A stretch of DNA of 64,000 nucleotides from an uncultured delta proteobacterium (GCA_963803435.1 CAWDML010000004.1:64001-128000), one strand, 5' to 3'; shown: positions 37,091 to 46,978, counted from the stretch's first letter. Made by a program: numbers and translations. Notes: generated by a model from the sequence alone, not told the origin.

Positions 37091-39802
37091 ATGTCCAAAC
37101 CGCTGCTGCACATCATCGACGGCTCGGGTTACATCTTTCGCGCCTACTACGCGATCCGGCGCCTCTCGAACGCGGAGGGCGAGCCCACCAACGCGGTCTA
37201 CGGCTTCACCACGATGATCGAGAAGCTGATCCGCGAGGAGGAGCCGACCCACCTGGCAATCGTGTTCGACACCGGCGAGCCCAACTTCCGCCACACGATC
37301 TATCCGGCGTACAAGACCACCCGCCCGCCGCCGCCCGAGGACATGTCGACGCAGGTGCCCCGCATCCACCAGATCGTCGACGCCTTCCGGATCCAGAAGT
37401 TCGTGGTCCAGCAGGTCGAGGCCGACGACGTCATCGCCACCCTGACCAAGCAGGCGCTCGCGAAAGGCTGGGACGTCCGCATCGTCACGGGCGACAAGGA
37501 CCTGATGCAGCTGGTCAGCGATCGCGTGACGCTCTACGAGCCCATGCGCAACCTGCGCTTCGACCCCTCCGCGGTGAAGGAGAAGATGGGCGTCCCTCCG
37601 GAGCGCATGGCGGATCTCCTGGCGCTGTCCGGCGACGCCAGCGACAACATCCCCGGGGTCCACGGTGTGGGGCCCAAGAAGGCTGCCAAGCTGCTCGAGG
37701 ATCACGGCAGCCTCGAGCAGGTGCTGGCGGCGGCGGTCGCCGGCGACGTGAAGGGCAAGATCGGCGAGCAAGTCGCCGCAGCGGTGGAGGAGGCGCGGCT
37801 CTCCCGCAGGCTGGTCGCGCTCCAGGACGACGTGGAGCTCCCGATCTCGGGGCTCGACGATCTCGAATACAAGGGATCGGACAAGGTCCGTCTGTTCGAG
37901 CTTTATACCGAGCTCGACTTCCGACGGCTCATTCCGAAGCTGGGCGTCAGCGAGGAGGAGCAGGAGTCGGCTGTGCCGGGGCGCGCGCCTCCGCAGTCGA
38001 TGGGGATCTCGCTGTCCCACGATCGATATCGCCTCATCACCACCAGCGAGGCCCTCGCGCAGCTGGGAAAGGAGCTCGCCAGCGCTGAACGGATCGGCTT
38101 CTCGCTGGAGCTGACGACCGAGCACGTGATCGACGCGCGCCCGATCGGGATCGCGTTGGAGACGGAGCGGGGGAACGCGGCCTACGTGCCGATCGGGAGC
38201 CCGCTCCAGCTGTCCGACGTGCTGGGAACCATCCGCCCGGCGATGGAGGATCCGAACATCCAGAAGATCGGCGCCGACAGCAAGCAGCTGGTCGGGCTGC
38301 TCGAGCTCCACGGGATCGTGATGGAGGGCCTGTCGTTCGACACCACGCTGGCCGCCTACCTGCTCGAGCCGGACGAGTCTTCGCACGGACCGGAGGTGGT
38401 CGCACGGCGGTACATCGGCCACGAGCCCATCGAGCGGAGCGCGCTGGTGACGGTCGCCAAGAAGCAGCGGCCGTTCGAGCAGGTGCCGGTGGAGGAGGCG
38501 GCCCGCTACGTCTCCGAGCGCGCAGACGTGGTGCTGGTCGGCTCCGAGCCGCTCAAGGTCGAGCTGGAGACGGCGGAGCTCACGCACGTCCTCAAGGACG
38601 TGGAGCTCCCGCTGATCCCGGTGCTGGCGCGGATGGAGCGCCACGGCATTCGGATCGACGTCGCCAAGCTCCACGAGATGTCGGGCCTGTTCGCGGTGGA
38701 GCTCGAGAAGCTGGAGAAGGCCTGCTACGAGGCCGCGGGCAAGGAGTTCAACATCGGCTCGCCCAAGCAGCTCGAGACGATCCTCTTCGACGAGCTCGAG
38801 CTCAAGATCGTGAAGCGGACGCGCACCGGCAGCCGCTCGACGGACCAGTCGGTGCTCGAGATCCTCGCCGCCGATCACGATCTTCCTCAGGCGGTCCTCG
38901 ACTACCGCCAGGTGCAGAAGCTGAAGTCGACCTACTGCGACACGCTCCCGCTCCAGATCTCGCCACGTACGGGACGGGTGCACACGATCTTCAGCCAGTC
39001 GACGGCCGCCACCGGCCGGCTCTCCTCGAACGATCCGAACCTGCAGAACATCCCGATCCGCAGCGATCTCGGCCGCGGTCTGCGGCGCGTGTTCGTGGCG
39101 GATCCCGGCCACCTGCTGGTGTCCGTCGACTACTCGCAGGTCGAGCTCCGTATCCTGGCGCACTTCTCCAAGGAGCCGGTGCTGATGCGGGCCTTCACCG
39201 AGAAGGCCGACGTTCACACGCGCACCGCCTCGGTGGTGTTCGACGTCCCGCCCGAGGAGGTCACGCGCGAGCAGCGCACGCAAGCCAAGGCGGTCAACTT
39301 CGGTGTGCTCTACGGGATGGGGCCGGTCCGGTTGGCGCGCGATCTCAAGATCCAGCGTCGCGACGCCTCCAACTTCGTGAAGCAGTACTTCGAGCGGCAG
39401 CCCAAGGTGAAGGAGTTCGTCGACGAGACGCTCGAGGAGGCGCGCCGGACCGGTCTGGTGCGGACCATCCTCGGGCGCCGCCGGCTGGTGCCGGACGTCA
39501 ACTCCAGGAACCGCGCCACTCGCGGCGCTGCCGAGCGGATCGCGACGAATACGCCGATCCAGGGCAGCGCCGCGGATCTGATGAAGCTGGCGATGGTCCG
39601 CGTCGACGCTGTGCTCGCCGAGCAGCACCCGGAGGCGAAGCTGCTCCTACAGGTGCACGACGAGCTCCTGGTGGAGGTGCCGGAGGATCGGGCCGAAGCC
39701 GTCTCGAAGATGGTGCAGCGGGAGATGGAGAACGTGTTCCCGCTGGACGTTCCGCTCGACTGCGAGGCCAAGTTTGGCAAGGACTGGGACGAGGCTCACT
39801 GA
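37091..39802 (+). CDS. polA: DNA polymerase I
   Basis: IDGSGYIFRAYYA, EADDVIATL, GDASDNIPGV, TGRLSSNDPNLQNIP, DYSQVELR, AKAVNFGVLYG, LQVHDEL. Confidence 0.98.
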   Translation: MSKPLLHIIDGSGYIFRAYYAIRRLSNAEGEPTNAVYGFTTMIEKLIREEEPTHLAIVFDTGEPNFRHTIYPAYKTTRPPPPEDMSTQVPRIHQIVDAFRIQKFVVQQVEADDVIATLTKQALAKGWDVRIVTGDKDLMQLVSDRVTLYEPMRNLRFDPSAVKEKMGVPPERMADLLALSGDASDNIPGVHGVGPKKAAKLLEDHGSLEQVLAAAVAGDVKGKIGEQVAAAVEEARLSRRLVALQDDVELPISGLDDLEYKGSDKVRLFELYTELDFRRLIPKLGVSEEEQESAVPGRAPPQSMGISLSHDRYRLITTSEALAQLGKELASAERIGFSLELTTEHVIDARPIGIALETERGNAAYVPIGSPLQLSDVLGTIRPAMEDPNIQKIGADSKQLVGLLELHGIVMEGLSFDTTLAAYLLEPDESSHGPEVVARRYIGHEPIERSALVTVAKKQRPFEQVPVEEAARYVSERADVVLVGSEPLKVELETAELTHVLKDVELPLIPVLARMERHGIRIDVAKLHEMSGLFAVELEKLEKACYEAAGKEFNIGSPKQLETILFDELELKIVKRTRTGSRSTDQSVLEILAADHDLPQAVLDYRQVQKLKSTYCDTLPLQISPRTGRVHTIFSQSTAATGRLSSNDPNLQNIPIRSDLGRGLRRVFVADPGHLLVSVDYSQVELRILAHFSKEPVLMRAFTEKADVHTRTASVVFDVPPEEVTREQRTQAKAVNFGVLYGMGPVRLARDLKIQRRDASNFVKQYFERQPKVKEFVDETLEEARRTGLVRTILGRRRLVPDVNSRNRATRGAAERIATNTPIQGSAADLMKLAMVRVDAVLAEQHPEAKLLLQVHDELLVEVPEDRAEAVSKMVQREMENVFPLDVPLDCEAKFGKDWDEAH

Positions 39803-39999
39803 CCAGCGTCGACTCCCGACGCCTTCATGCTCTCCCCCACCGTGCGCTGCCCGATCAAGAGCGCCTCGTCGATCAGCTCCAGGCGGGGGGCCGAAGACGC
39901 GCTCCCCTGGGAGCGCCGGACGCGCGCGCGCCAGCTAGAACAGCGACCGCTCGATCGCGGCGAGCGTGACGCCGGGGTCCAGGCGAGAACCGGGCCCGC

Positions 40000-40584
40000 T
40001 CAGACCAGGGCGCGCAGCGCGCTCCGCGCCAGCTGCTTCACGTCGATCTCGACGCCCAGCTCCATCATGATCTGGGTCCCGAGGACCAGCGCCACCAGCA
40101 TCCGAGCCATCGACCTGGCCGGGACATCGGTCCGCAGCCGTCCCCCCCGCTGCGTCGCGCGGGCGATCCGGGCGACGCGGGCGATCGCCTCCTCGGTCAG
40201 CGTCACGTAGAGCTCCTTCACCCGGTCGGAGCGCGCGCAGGCGTCGAGCAGCTGGTGCGGCTTGACGCCGCCGCCGGGTGCGAGCGGGTACGTGCCGTCG
40301 GCGACCATGGCCACGAAGCCCTCGACCGTCCGCTCCAGATCGAGGTCCTCGTTCTGGTCGGAGAGGAGCACGCCGAGGAGCGGCCTGCCGACGTGCTCCA
40401 TGACGGCGGCCAGGAAGTCGTCGCGGTCCTTGAAGTGCACGTAGAACGCGCCCCGCGTGTAGCCCGCGTGCTCGCAGATCGCGTCGAGGCTGGGACCGTC
40501 GAGCCCCTGGGTCGCGAAGAGCGCGATCCCGGCCTCGATCAATCGGTCGCGCGTCTTCTGCTTCGCCTCCGCTCGAAGGCCCAT
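40000..40584 (-). CDS. TetR/AcrR family transcriptional regulator
   Basis: LFATQG...SLDAICEHAGYTRGAFYVHF HTH. Confidence 0.92.
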   Translation of the reverse strand: MGLRAEAKQKTRDRLIEAGIALFATQGLDGPSLDAICEHAGYTRGAFYVHFKDRDDFLAAVMEHVGRPLLGVLLSDQNEDLDLERTVEGFVAMVADGTYPLAPGGGVKPHQLLDACARSDRVKELYVTLTEEAIARVARIARATQRGGRLRTDVPARSMARMLVALVLGTQIMMELGVEIDVKQLARSALRALV

Positions 40585-40591
40585 CGTCTTG

Positions 40592-40640
40592 ACATACGAC
40601 AACGTATGTGAAAATTCAATCCGCATACGAGCTCGTATGT
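40592..40640. promoter_or_regulatory. Two palindromic operators CATACG-N4-CGTATG (probable TetR sites) overlapping TTGACA
   Basis: ACATACGACAACGTATGT (40592-40609) and CATACGAGCTCGTATG (40624-40639) lie in the divergent intergenic gap; TTGACA at 40589-40594. Confidence 0.8.
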
Positions 40641-41173
40641 CAGTCTCCGCACAAAACTACCCCACCTCCGTCCCCGCGCAGCGGTCCGAGACCGGGAGGA
40701 CCATCGCCCTCGATGATCTCCTCTCGGTCGACGAGCCCGGCCTGCGGCGATTGTATCGAAGCGCCGAGGTCCCTGCGCTCGACGAGATCTCCGGCGATCT
40801 GTCAGGGCGCATGCTGGCCACCACCGTTCTCAAGGAGCCCGTCGCGTCCCTGGCCCGCGCCTGGGCCGGCTCCCGCGCCTTCCCCTGGCGTGGAAAGAGC
40901 TTCTGCCCGCTGGGCGACGGGCGCGGTCAGGGCATGAACCGCGTGCTCACCGATCGCATCCGGCTCTTCCGCTTCGAGACCTCGATCGCCAAGTCGCGGG
41001 CCGGCGACTTCGACGCCGTCCACCTCGACTACGATCTCCCCGACAACCCGTTCTTCATCCGCAAGATCCAGGACGAGATCAGGAAGATCGGCGACCGCCT
41101 CTACCTCGGACAGGCCTACCTCGCGCTGCCGAAGGGGCCGCACCTCGTCCTCTACTTCGGGCTCGCCGGATGA
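40637..41173 (+). CDS. Hypothetical protein
   Basis: Good codon bias; PWRGKSF and LDYD...DEIR...YLG motifs; ATGA-coupled to the SDR gene. Confidence 0.7.
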   Translation: MSVSAQNYPTSVPAQRSETGRTIALDDLLSVDEPGLRRLYRSAEVPALDEISGDLSGRMLATTVLKEPVASLARAWAGSRAFPWRGKSFCPLGDGRGQGMNRVLTDRIRLFRFETSIAKSRAGDFDAVHLDYDLPDNPFFIRKIQDEIRKIGDRLYLGQAYLALPKGPHLVLYFGLAG

Positions 41174-41961
41174 AGCGGGCCGTGGTCACCGGCGCGGCGC
41201 GCGGCATCGGCCGTGAGCTGGCGCTGGCCCTGGCGCGCCGAGGCGCTCGCATCCTCGCCTCCGACGTGGATCTGGAGCCGCTCGAGTCGACGGTCGCGGA
41301 GCTGCGCGCGCTCGGCGGCGATGCGATCGCGATCCGATGCGACGTCCGCTCCGACGATGACGTGCGGCGTCTCGCCGAGCGCGCCGTCGAGTGGCTGGGC
41401 GCGGTCGATCTCCTGATCAACAACGCCGGCGTGCTGGTGACCGGCGACGTCGCCGAGCTGGGGATGGACGACTATCACCGCGCCTTCGACGTCAACGTCT
41501 GGGGCGTGATCCACGGCTGCCATCACTTCGTCCCGGCGATGAAGGCCCGCGGCCGCGGCGCCGTGCTCAACGTCGGCTCCCTGGCCGGCATGATCACGCT
41601 GCCGCACATGGGCGCATACAACGCGAGCAAGGCCGCGGTGGTGGCCCTCTCCGAGACGCTCAACGCGGAGCTGGCGCAGCACGGCGTTTCGGTGACGGTT
41701 CTGTGTCCGTCCTTCACGCGCACGAACCTGATCGATGCCTCGAGCGGCAAGCCCAAGGCCGGCGCCCTCGCGATCGGGCGGGCGCTCATGGATCGTCTGG
41801 GCAGCTCGCCGGAGCAGGTCGCGCGTGTTGCGCTCGACGCGGTGGAGAAGCGCCGCCTCTACGCGGTTCCGGCGCTCCACGGAAAGATGGTGTGGTCCCT
41901 CAAGCGCCTGTGGCCGGAGCAGTTCAGACGGTTGCTCGGTCTGGTCCAGCGCGCATGGTAG
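41170..41961 (+). CDS. Short-chain dehydrogenase/reductase
   Basis: TGAARGIG, NNAG, YNASK. Confidence 0.95.
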   Translation: MKRAVVTGAARGIGRELALALARRGARILASDVDLEPLESTVAELRALGGDAIAIRCDVRSDDDVRRLAERAVEWLGAVDLLINNAGVLVTGDVAELGMDDYHRAFDVNVWGVIHGCHHFVPAMKARGRGAVLNVGSLAGMITLPHMGAYNASKAAVVALSETLNAELAQHGVSVTVLCPSFTRTNLIDASSGKPKAGALAIGRALMDRLGSSPEQVARVALDAVEKRRLYAVPALHGKMVWSLKRLWPEQFRRLLGLVQRAW

Positions 41962-41970
41962 CCTCCCCGC

Positions 41971-43839
41971 GTGGGCCGGACCGAGCGCAAGGCTCCTGCG
42001 CGCAAGAGACGTAAACCGGCCCGCGCCGAAGATCCCCCGATCCCGCTCACGCCGCCGCAGATCGCGGATCGGATCCTCGCCACCCGCCACAACTCCCGCG
42101 GCCTCGAGGTCCGGGTCCTCGAGCTGGAGAGCGAGCTCACCGACCTCCGCCAGGAGCTCGAGCGCTCCGAGCGTCGCGTGGAGGCGATGAAGCAGATCGG
42201 CCGCGTGCTGGGCTCCAACCTCGATCTGGATCCGCTGCTCTCCGAGATCGTCTCGCGCACCACCGATCTCCTGGAGGCGGACCGCTCGACGCTGTTCCTG
42301 GTGGACGCGGAGAGAGACGAGCTCTGGTCGAAAGTGCTCGAGGGCGGCGGCCTTCGGGAGATCCGTCTGCCGCACGGCGTGGGGATCGCAGGGTGGGTTG
42401 CGGTCCACGGCAAACCCCTCCACATCCGCAACGCGTACAAGGACAAGCGCTTCAACCCGGAGTTCGATCGCCAGTCGGGCTACAAGACCCGCGCCATGCT
42501 GGTCTGGCCGGTCCGGCGACCCCAGAAGGCCGAGGTCATCGCCGTCATCCAGGTGCTCAACAAGCGGAGCGGGCAGTTCAACCCCACCGATGAACGACTC
42601 CTGGAGGCGATCGCCTCGGAGATCGGGGTCGCGCTCGAGGTGGCGACGCTCTACCGGGAGGCGGTCGAACGCTCCGAGGCGCTCGAGCGCGCGCGGCGCG
42701 AGCTGGTGCTTCTGTTCGAGACCGAGCGCGCCATCTCCCAGTCCGACAGCCTGCGGGAGATGCTCGAGTCCATCCTGGAGACCACGCTTGCGACCATGGA
42801 CGCCAAGACCGGCTCCATCCACACGCTCGACGAGCGCGGGCTCAAGGTCGAGGTCATCGCCGCCCGCGGGGTCCACGCCCCTTCCCTGCGGTCGGGGGCG
42901 ATCCAGGTGGGCGAGGGCGTGGTGGGCAACGTGATCAAGACCGGCGAGCCGGTCGTGCTCAACGCGATCCAAGGGATGAAGCGGGGACGGATCATCGCGA
43001 AGGAGATCATCGCGGTCCCCATTCACACCCGCGCCGAGGGGACGATCGGCGTGCTCGAGCTGATCAACCGGAAGGGACGGCGCGGCTTCGACGACGACGA
43101 CGTCAAGGCGCTGACCGTGGTGGCGGCGCAGGCAGGCCGGGCGATCCGCGCCGAGCGGAGGCGCAAGGAGCGCGAGCAGTCGGAGCGGTTGACCACGATC
43201 GGCCGGATGCTCTCGGGCGTGGTCCACGACATCCGCACGCCGATGACGCTGATCTCCGGCTACACCCAGATCATGGCGCTCTGCGAGAGCGAGCAGGATC
43301 GGAGCAAGTACGCCCACCAGGTGCACAAGCAGATCGACATCCTCACGTCGATGACGCGCGATCTACTGGCGTTCGCGCGGGGCGAACGGAACATCCTGAT
43401 CCGCAAGGTCTACGTGCAGCGCTTCATGCAGGAGATGCAGGAGTACCTCGAGCGCGAGCTCGACGGCTCGGGCGTGACGCTGGAGATCGACGTCCGCTAC
43501 CGCGGCGCCGCCCGCTTCGACGAGAACAAGATGCGCCGCGTGTTCCACAACATCGCGCGCAACGCCCGCGAAGCGATGCCGGGCGGCGGCCGCTTCTCGG
43601 TCACCGCCAGCACCGCTGGGGGACAGCTCGTCTTCGACTTCGCCGACACCGGCTCGGGCGTCCCGCAGGAGCTCAAGGGCCGCGTCTTTCAGCCGTTCGC
43701 CACCTCCGGCAAGGTCGGCGGCACCGGCCTCGGGCTGGCGATGGTGCAGCAGATCGCCGACGAGCACCGGGGGACGGTCGACTATCGGAGCACGCGCCGC
43801 GGGACCACGTTCTCGTTCAAGATCCCGCTGGAGGTGTAG
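41971..43839 (+). CDS. Cytoplasmic GAF-GAF sensor histidine kinase
   Basis: GIAGWVA...YKDKRFNPEFDRQSGYKT and LNK..F...DE GAF motifs; HDIRTPM H-box; N-box, DTGSG, GTGLGL. Confidence 0.92.
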   Translation: MGRTERKAPARKRRKPARAEDPPIPLTPPQIADRILATRHNSRGLEVRVLELESELTDLRQELERSERRVEAMKQIGRVLGSNLDLDPLLSEIVSRTTDLLEADRSTLFLVDAERDELWSKVLEGGGLREIRLPHGVGIAGWVAVHGKPLHIRNAYKDKRFNPEFDRQSGYKTRAMLVWPVRRPQKAEVIAVIQVLNKRSGQFNPTDERLLEAIASEIGVALEVATLYREAVERSEALERARRELVLLFETERAISQSDSLREMLESILETTLATMDAKTGSIHTLDERGLKVEVIAARGVHAPSLRSGAIQVGEGVVGNVIKTGEPVVLNAIQGMKRGRIIAKEIIAVPIHTRAEGTIGVLELINRKGRRGFDDDDVKALTVVAAQAGRAIRAERRRKEREQSERLTTIGRMLSGVVHDIRTPMTLISGYTQIMALCESEQDRSKYAHQVHKQIDILTSMTRDLLAFARGERNILIRKVYVQRFMQEMQEYLERELDGSGVTLEIDVRYRGAARFDENKMRRVFHNIARNAREAMPGGGRFSVTASTAGGQLVFDFADTGSGVPQELKGRVFQPFATSGKVGGTGLGLAMVQQIADEHRGTVDYRSTRRGTTFSFKIPLEV

Positions 43840-43849
43840 GGCCGGCGCT

Positions 43850-44248
43850 TCAGGGATTGAGCAGTTGATCGATCGTCGCTTGATCGGCGCCAGGAAACTC
43901 GTAGTCGTCGAGCTCGGCCGTGGCCACCCAGCGGTAGTCGTGGATCCCGATCTTCTTGATCATGCGATCGGGCGTGAGGAGCTTGCAGCGGTAGACGCGG
44001 AAGTCGATCACGTAGGCCTCGTACTCGTGCGTCACCGATACAGAGGCCTTCCCGACCTCCACCGCGATCTCCATCTCCTCGTGGAGCTCGCGCGCCAGCG
44101 CCTGCTGATCGGTCTCGCCCTCCTCGACGCGGCCGCCCGGGAACTCCCAGAGAAGCGGGAGCGAGCTGGAGGGCTTGCGCTGCGTGATCAGGTAACGGCC
44201 GTCTCGTTCAATCTGGGCCGCCACGACGCGGATCTTTCGCTTGCTCAT
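43850..44248 (-). CDS. mutT: MutT-like Nudix hydrolase
   Basis: WEFPGGRVEEGETDQQALARELHEE Nudix box. Confidence 0.85.
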   Translation of the reverse strand: MSKRKIRVVAAQIERDGRYLITQRKPSSSLPLLWEFPGGRVEEGETDQQALARELHEEMEIAVEVGKASVSVTHEYEAYVIDFRVYRCKLLTPDRMIKKIGIHDYRWVATAELDDYEFPGADQATIDQLLNP

Positions 44249-45474
44249 TGGGGCTTCTCGCTCTCGGCGTCCGGGAAGAATGCCACAAGGGATCGCCGCA
44301 GGCCACGGATTGCGTGGCAGCCGTCGCCGATCAGGTCGTAGTAGCTCTGCGGCCGGATCTTCTCCAGCTCCTTGCCCTTCGAATACAGCGGTTCGAGCTG
44401 CTGGAGCGTGTTGAGGAGGTCGCCCGCGATCCAGCTGACCTCCTTCTTGGTGGTCTCGTCGACCTCGATGAGCCCGTCCTCCTGTGCGAACGCGAGGGTC
44501 TCGAGCAGGTGCCCGTAGAACTTGAGCTCCTGGATCAGAAGCAGCGGAGCGTACGTGGGCTCCTTCGCGATGTAGCTCCGGTAGATCCGACGCTCGGCGT
44601 CCCAGCGGAACAGGAGGAGCGCGAGCTGCTTCTTCATCATGTCGGTCGCGTTCTGATCGGCGAGATATTTCGCGCTGTGGACCGCGGCCTGGATGAAGTG
44701 AAGGCCGCCGCAGGTGTGCCCGTAGATCGCCTGCTTCTGCTTCTCGACCTTGTCCGGGCGGTTCGCCTCGAACGGACCGAGCAGGAACGCCTGCTCCTCC
44801 TCGAGGCGCTGGATGGTGCGCATGCACACCTCCTTCAGTTTGATCTCGCGATCCCCGGCCTCGATCACGCCCTTGTCCCCGCGAGCCCGCAGGAACGCAT
44901 CCAGCGTCCACGCGAAGTTCCGCCAGTCCCGATCGACCACGGGCATCACGAACACGCGCTCCGCATCCGACACCAGCCGGTCGAGCGTCACCTTCTGCTT
45001 CGAGCTCTTGATCTTGAACGTGTGATCGAGCGGCACACCGACCTCGAGCAACGACTTGATCATCTGATTTCGATGCGGCTCGATGGGGATCTCGTCTTTG
45101 ACCTCGGGGAACGAGTAGTAGGCGATCTTCCCGTCGAGCTTGTGAGGCTCGATGAAGTCCTCGATGATCACGTCGATCGCCGGCCTCCCGTTGTCGGCCT
45201 TCAAGTCCTTACCGAACGCCAAGAGCCCGTGGGCCATCATCCATGGATTCTTCGAGTTCGTGGCCCCCTCCCTGACCAGGTCCGACAGGCGGTTCGCCGC
45301 GCCGTTCATCTCGACCGGCAACGCCTCCCGCAGCGCCGGCCCCGGGGGCGCCTTCTCCATCCGCATCGCCGCGTCGGGATTCGCCCGGACACTCGCGTCG
45401 GGCCTCGCCGCGCTCGGCTCCGGCTTACAGGCGGACGAGAGCGCTACCAGCAGCGCGATGCGACGCATGTTCAC
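44245..45474 (-). CDS. Hypothetical lipoprotein, His-rich motifs
   Basis: Lipobox LSSA-C; strong codon bias; motifs AHGLLAFG, HTCGGLH, GHLLE, CHAIRGL. Confidence 0.75.
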   Translation of the reverse strand: MNMRRIALLVALSSACKPEPSAARPDASVRANPDAAMRMEKAPPGPALREALPVEMNGAANRLSDLVREGATNSKNPWMMAHGLLAFGKDLKADNGRPAIDVIIEDFIEPHKLDGKIAYYSFPEVKDEIPIEPHRNQMIKSLLEVGVPLDHTFKIKSSKQKVTLDRLVSDAERVFVMPVVDRDWRNFAWTLDAFLRARGDKGVIEAGDREIKLKEVCMRTIQRLEEEQAFLLGPFEANRPDKVEKQKQAIYGHTCGGLHFIQAAVHSAKYLADQNATDMMKKQLALLLFRWDAERRIYRSYIAKEPTYAPLLLIQELKFYGHLLETLAFAQEDGLIEVDETTKKEVSWIAGDLLNTLQQLEPLYSKGKELEKIRPQSYYDLIGDGCHAIRGLRRSLVAFFPDAESEKPQ

Positions 45475-45532
45475 GGGGCCGGAGTCTAAGGTCTTGACCG
45501 CCCCGGCGTCATCGACATAACGGGACCCGCCC

Positions 45533-45605
45533 GGGCCCTTAGCTCAGTTGGCAGAGCAGGGGATTTTTAATCCCAAGGTCACAGGTTCGATCCCTGTAGG
45601 GCCCA
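45533..45605 (+). tRNA. tRNA-Lys (anticodon TTT), CCA not encoded
   Basis: Acceptor GGGCCCT/AGGGCCC, D arm GCTC/GAGC, anticodon loop TTTTTAA, T arm ACAGG-TTCGATC-CCTGT. Confidence 0.95.
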
Positions 45606-45692
45606 TCGAGTCACCGCGGAATTGTTCAGGTTCTTCGAGCGCACGTCGTGCGATCAGTCGAGCGGCGTAGCCGGAGAGAGTCGCGCCGAGAT

Positions 45693-45720
45693 CTCTCGAC
45701 TCTGAACTCTCGACTCTCGA
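45693..45720. repeat. 7-bp tandem repeat CTCTCGA x4 (one variant)
   Basis: CTCTCGA CTCTGAA CTCTCGA CTCTCGA downstream of the tRNA. Confidence 0.7.
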
Positions 45721-45844
45721 CAGTACCGCGTAGCTACATGCGTGCTCCGAAGCTTCCGTGCACAAAATCCCCACCAGGCGGCGGTCAAGTTGCCGCAGGT
45801 TCGTCGCTTCGTCGGCCAGGATCTGGGCGCGCGCCCTGCCGATG

Positions 45845-46978
45845 CTACTCGGGCCGGAATCTCCAGCCGTCGTGGAAGCCGGTGTAGTTCGGCTGTCCGA
45901 GCCCGCCGAACACATAGAGCGCGCCGGTCGGTCCGTGCCACGCGGAGGCCGGAAAGCCGCGAGCGGGCGGCATCGTGACCGGGAGCAGCGTCCACGTGCT
46001 CGAGACCAGGTCGAAGCGCCAAATCTCGTCGAAGTCGTCGGTCTCCCTGGTGCCGCCGAACAAGAACCAGCTGCCCGTCGTCGGGTCCACGCCCGGGGCG
46101 CCGAATCGGCGCTCGCTGGGGTGATCGCCGGTGATCTCGGTCCAGTCGACGCCGTCGAACGCCCACGTGTCCGAGAGCAGCTGGTACGGCGCGACCGCCC
46201 TGACGCTCCCGCCGAAGACGAGCATGCGGTGGTTGATCGGATCGTACGCGCTGGCAGCGTCGGAGCGCGCGGGCGGCGTGTGGTCCGGGTTCGCAAAGTT
46301 GAAGCGCTGCGACGTCGGATCGAAGAGCCAGGTGACGGTGTCGAATCCGGTGCGCCCGCCGCCGCCGAAGACGACAGCCTTGGCGAGCTCCGGCATCCAC
46401 TCCACGTTGCAGCCGATGACCCCCGACGGCACGGGTCCGGCGACCTTCGTCCACACGTTGGTCGCGAGGTCGAGGATGAACGCCGCCGGTGCGAGAGGTC
46501 CGGACTCGTCGCGCCCGCCGACCAGCAGCATCTGTCGCTGGTCCGGGAGATACGCGACACAGTGACAGTAGCGCGGCTCGGGCACGTCTCCGGTCGCTTC
46601 GATCTTCGTCCATGAGGCGTCCGCGATCGAGAACGACCACAGCTCGTCGCTCGTGCCACCCACCGGATATTGGCTCCCGCCGAACAGGAGGAACCGATCC
46701 TCGTCGGGGTCGAGCACCATCCGCGCGCCCCACCGAGTCTGGTCGTCGGGCATCCCTCCGAACTCGGACCAGCCCTCGGGCGCCAACTCGAAGCCACTGT
46801 CGGGTGGCTCCGCGTCAGGAGCGTCTCCAGAGTCGAGCGTCCCCGAGTCGATCGGCGTCCCGGAATCAATCTCCGGGGCGTCGGCGTCGGCACCCGCATC
46901 CGGAGGGCCCATCTGACCGCTCTCGCTGCATGCGATCGTAGAAAGGACGAAAGTCAGCCCCAACCAGCGCTTCCACAC
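45845..46978 (-). CDS. Kelch-repeat beta-propeller lipoprotein
   Basis: Lipobox TIA-C; repeated L(F/V)GG...W Kelch units. Confidence 0.85.
   Translation of the reverse strand: MWKRWLGLTFVLSTIACSESGQMGPPDAGADADAPEIDSGTPIDSGTLDSGDAPDAEPPDSGFELAPEGWSEFGGMPDDQTRWGARMVLDPDEDRFLLFGGSQYPVGGTSDELWSFSIADASWTKIEATGDVPEPRYCHCVAYLPDQRQMLLVGGRDESGPLAPAAFILDLATNVWTKVAGPVPSGVIGCNVEWMPELAKAVVFGGGGRTGFDTVTWLFDPTSQRFNFANPDHTPPARSDAASAYDPINHRMLVFGGSVRAVAPYQLLSDTWAFDGVDWTEITGDHPSERRFGAPGVDPTTGSWFLFGGTRETDDFDEIWRFDLVSSTWTLLPVTMPPARGFPASAWHGPTGALYVFGGLGQPNYTGFHDGWRFRPE

Noticed and set aside
39803-39999. Possible gene remnant on the minus strand (ELIDEALLIGQRTVGESMKASG...)
   Set aside because: Short, interrupted by a stop and a frameshift, with no recognisable family.
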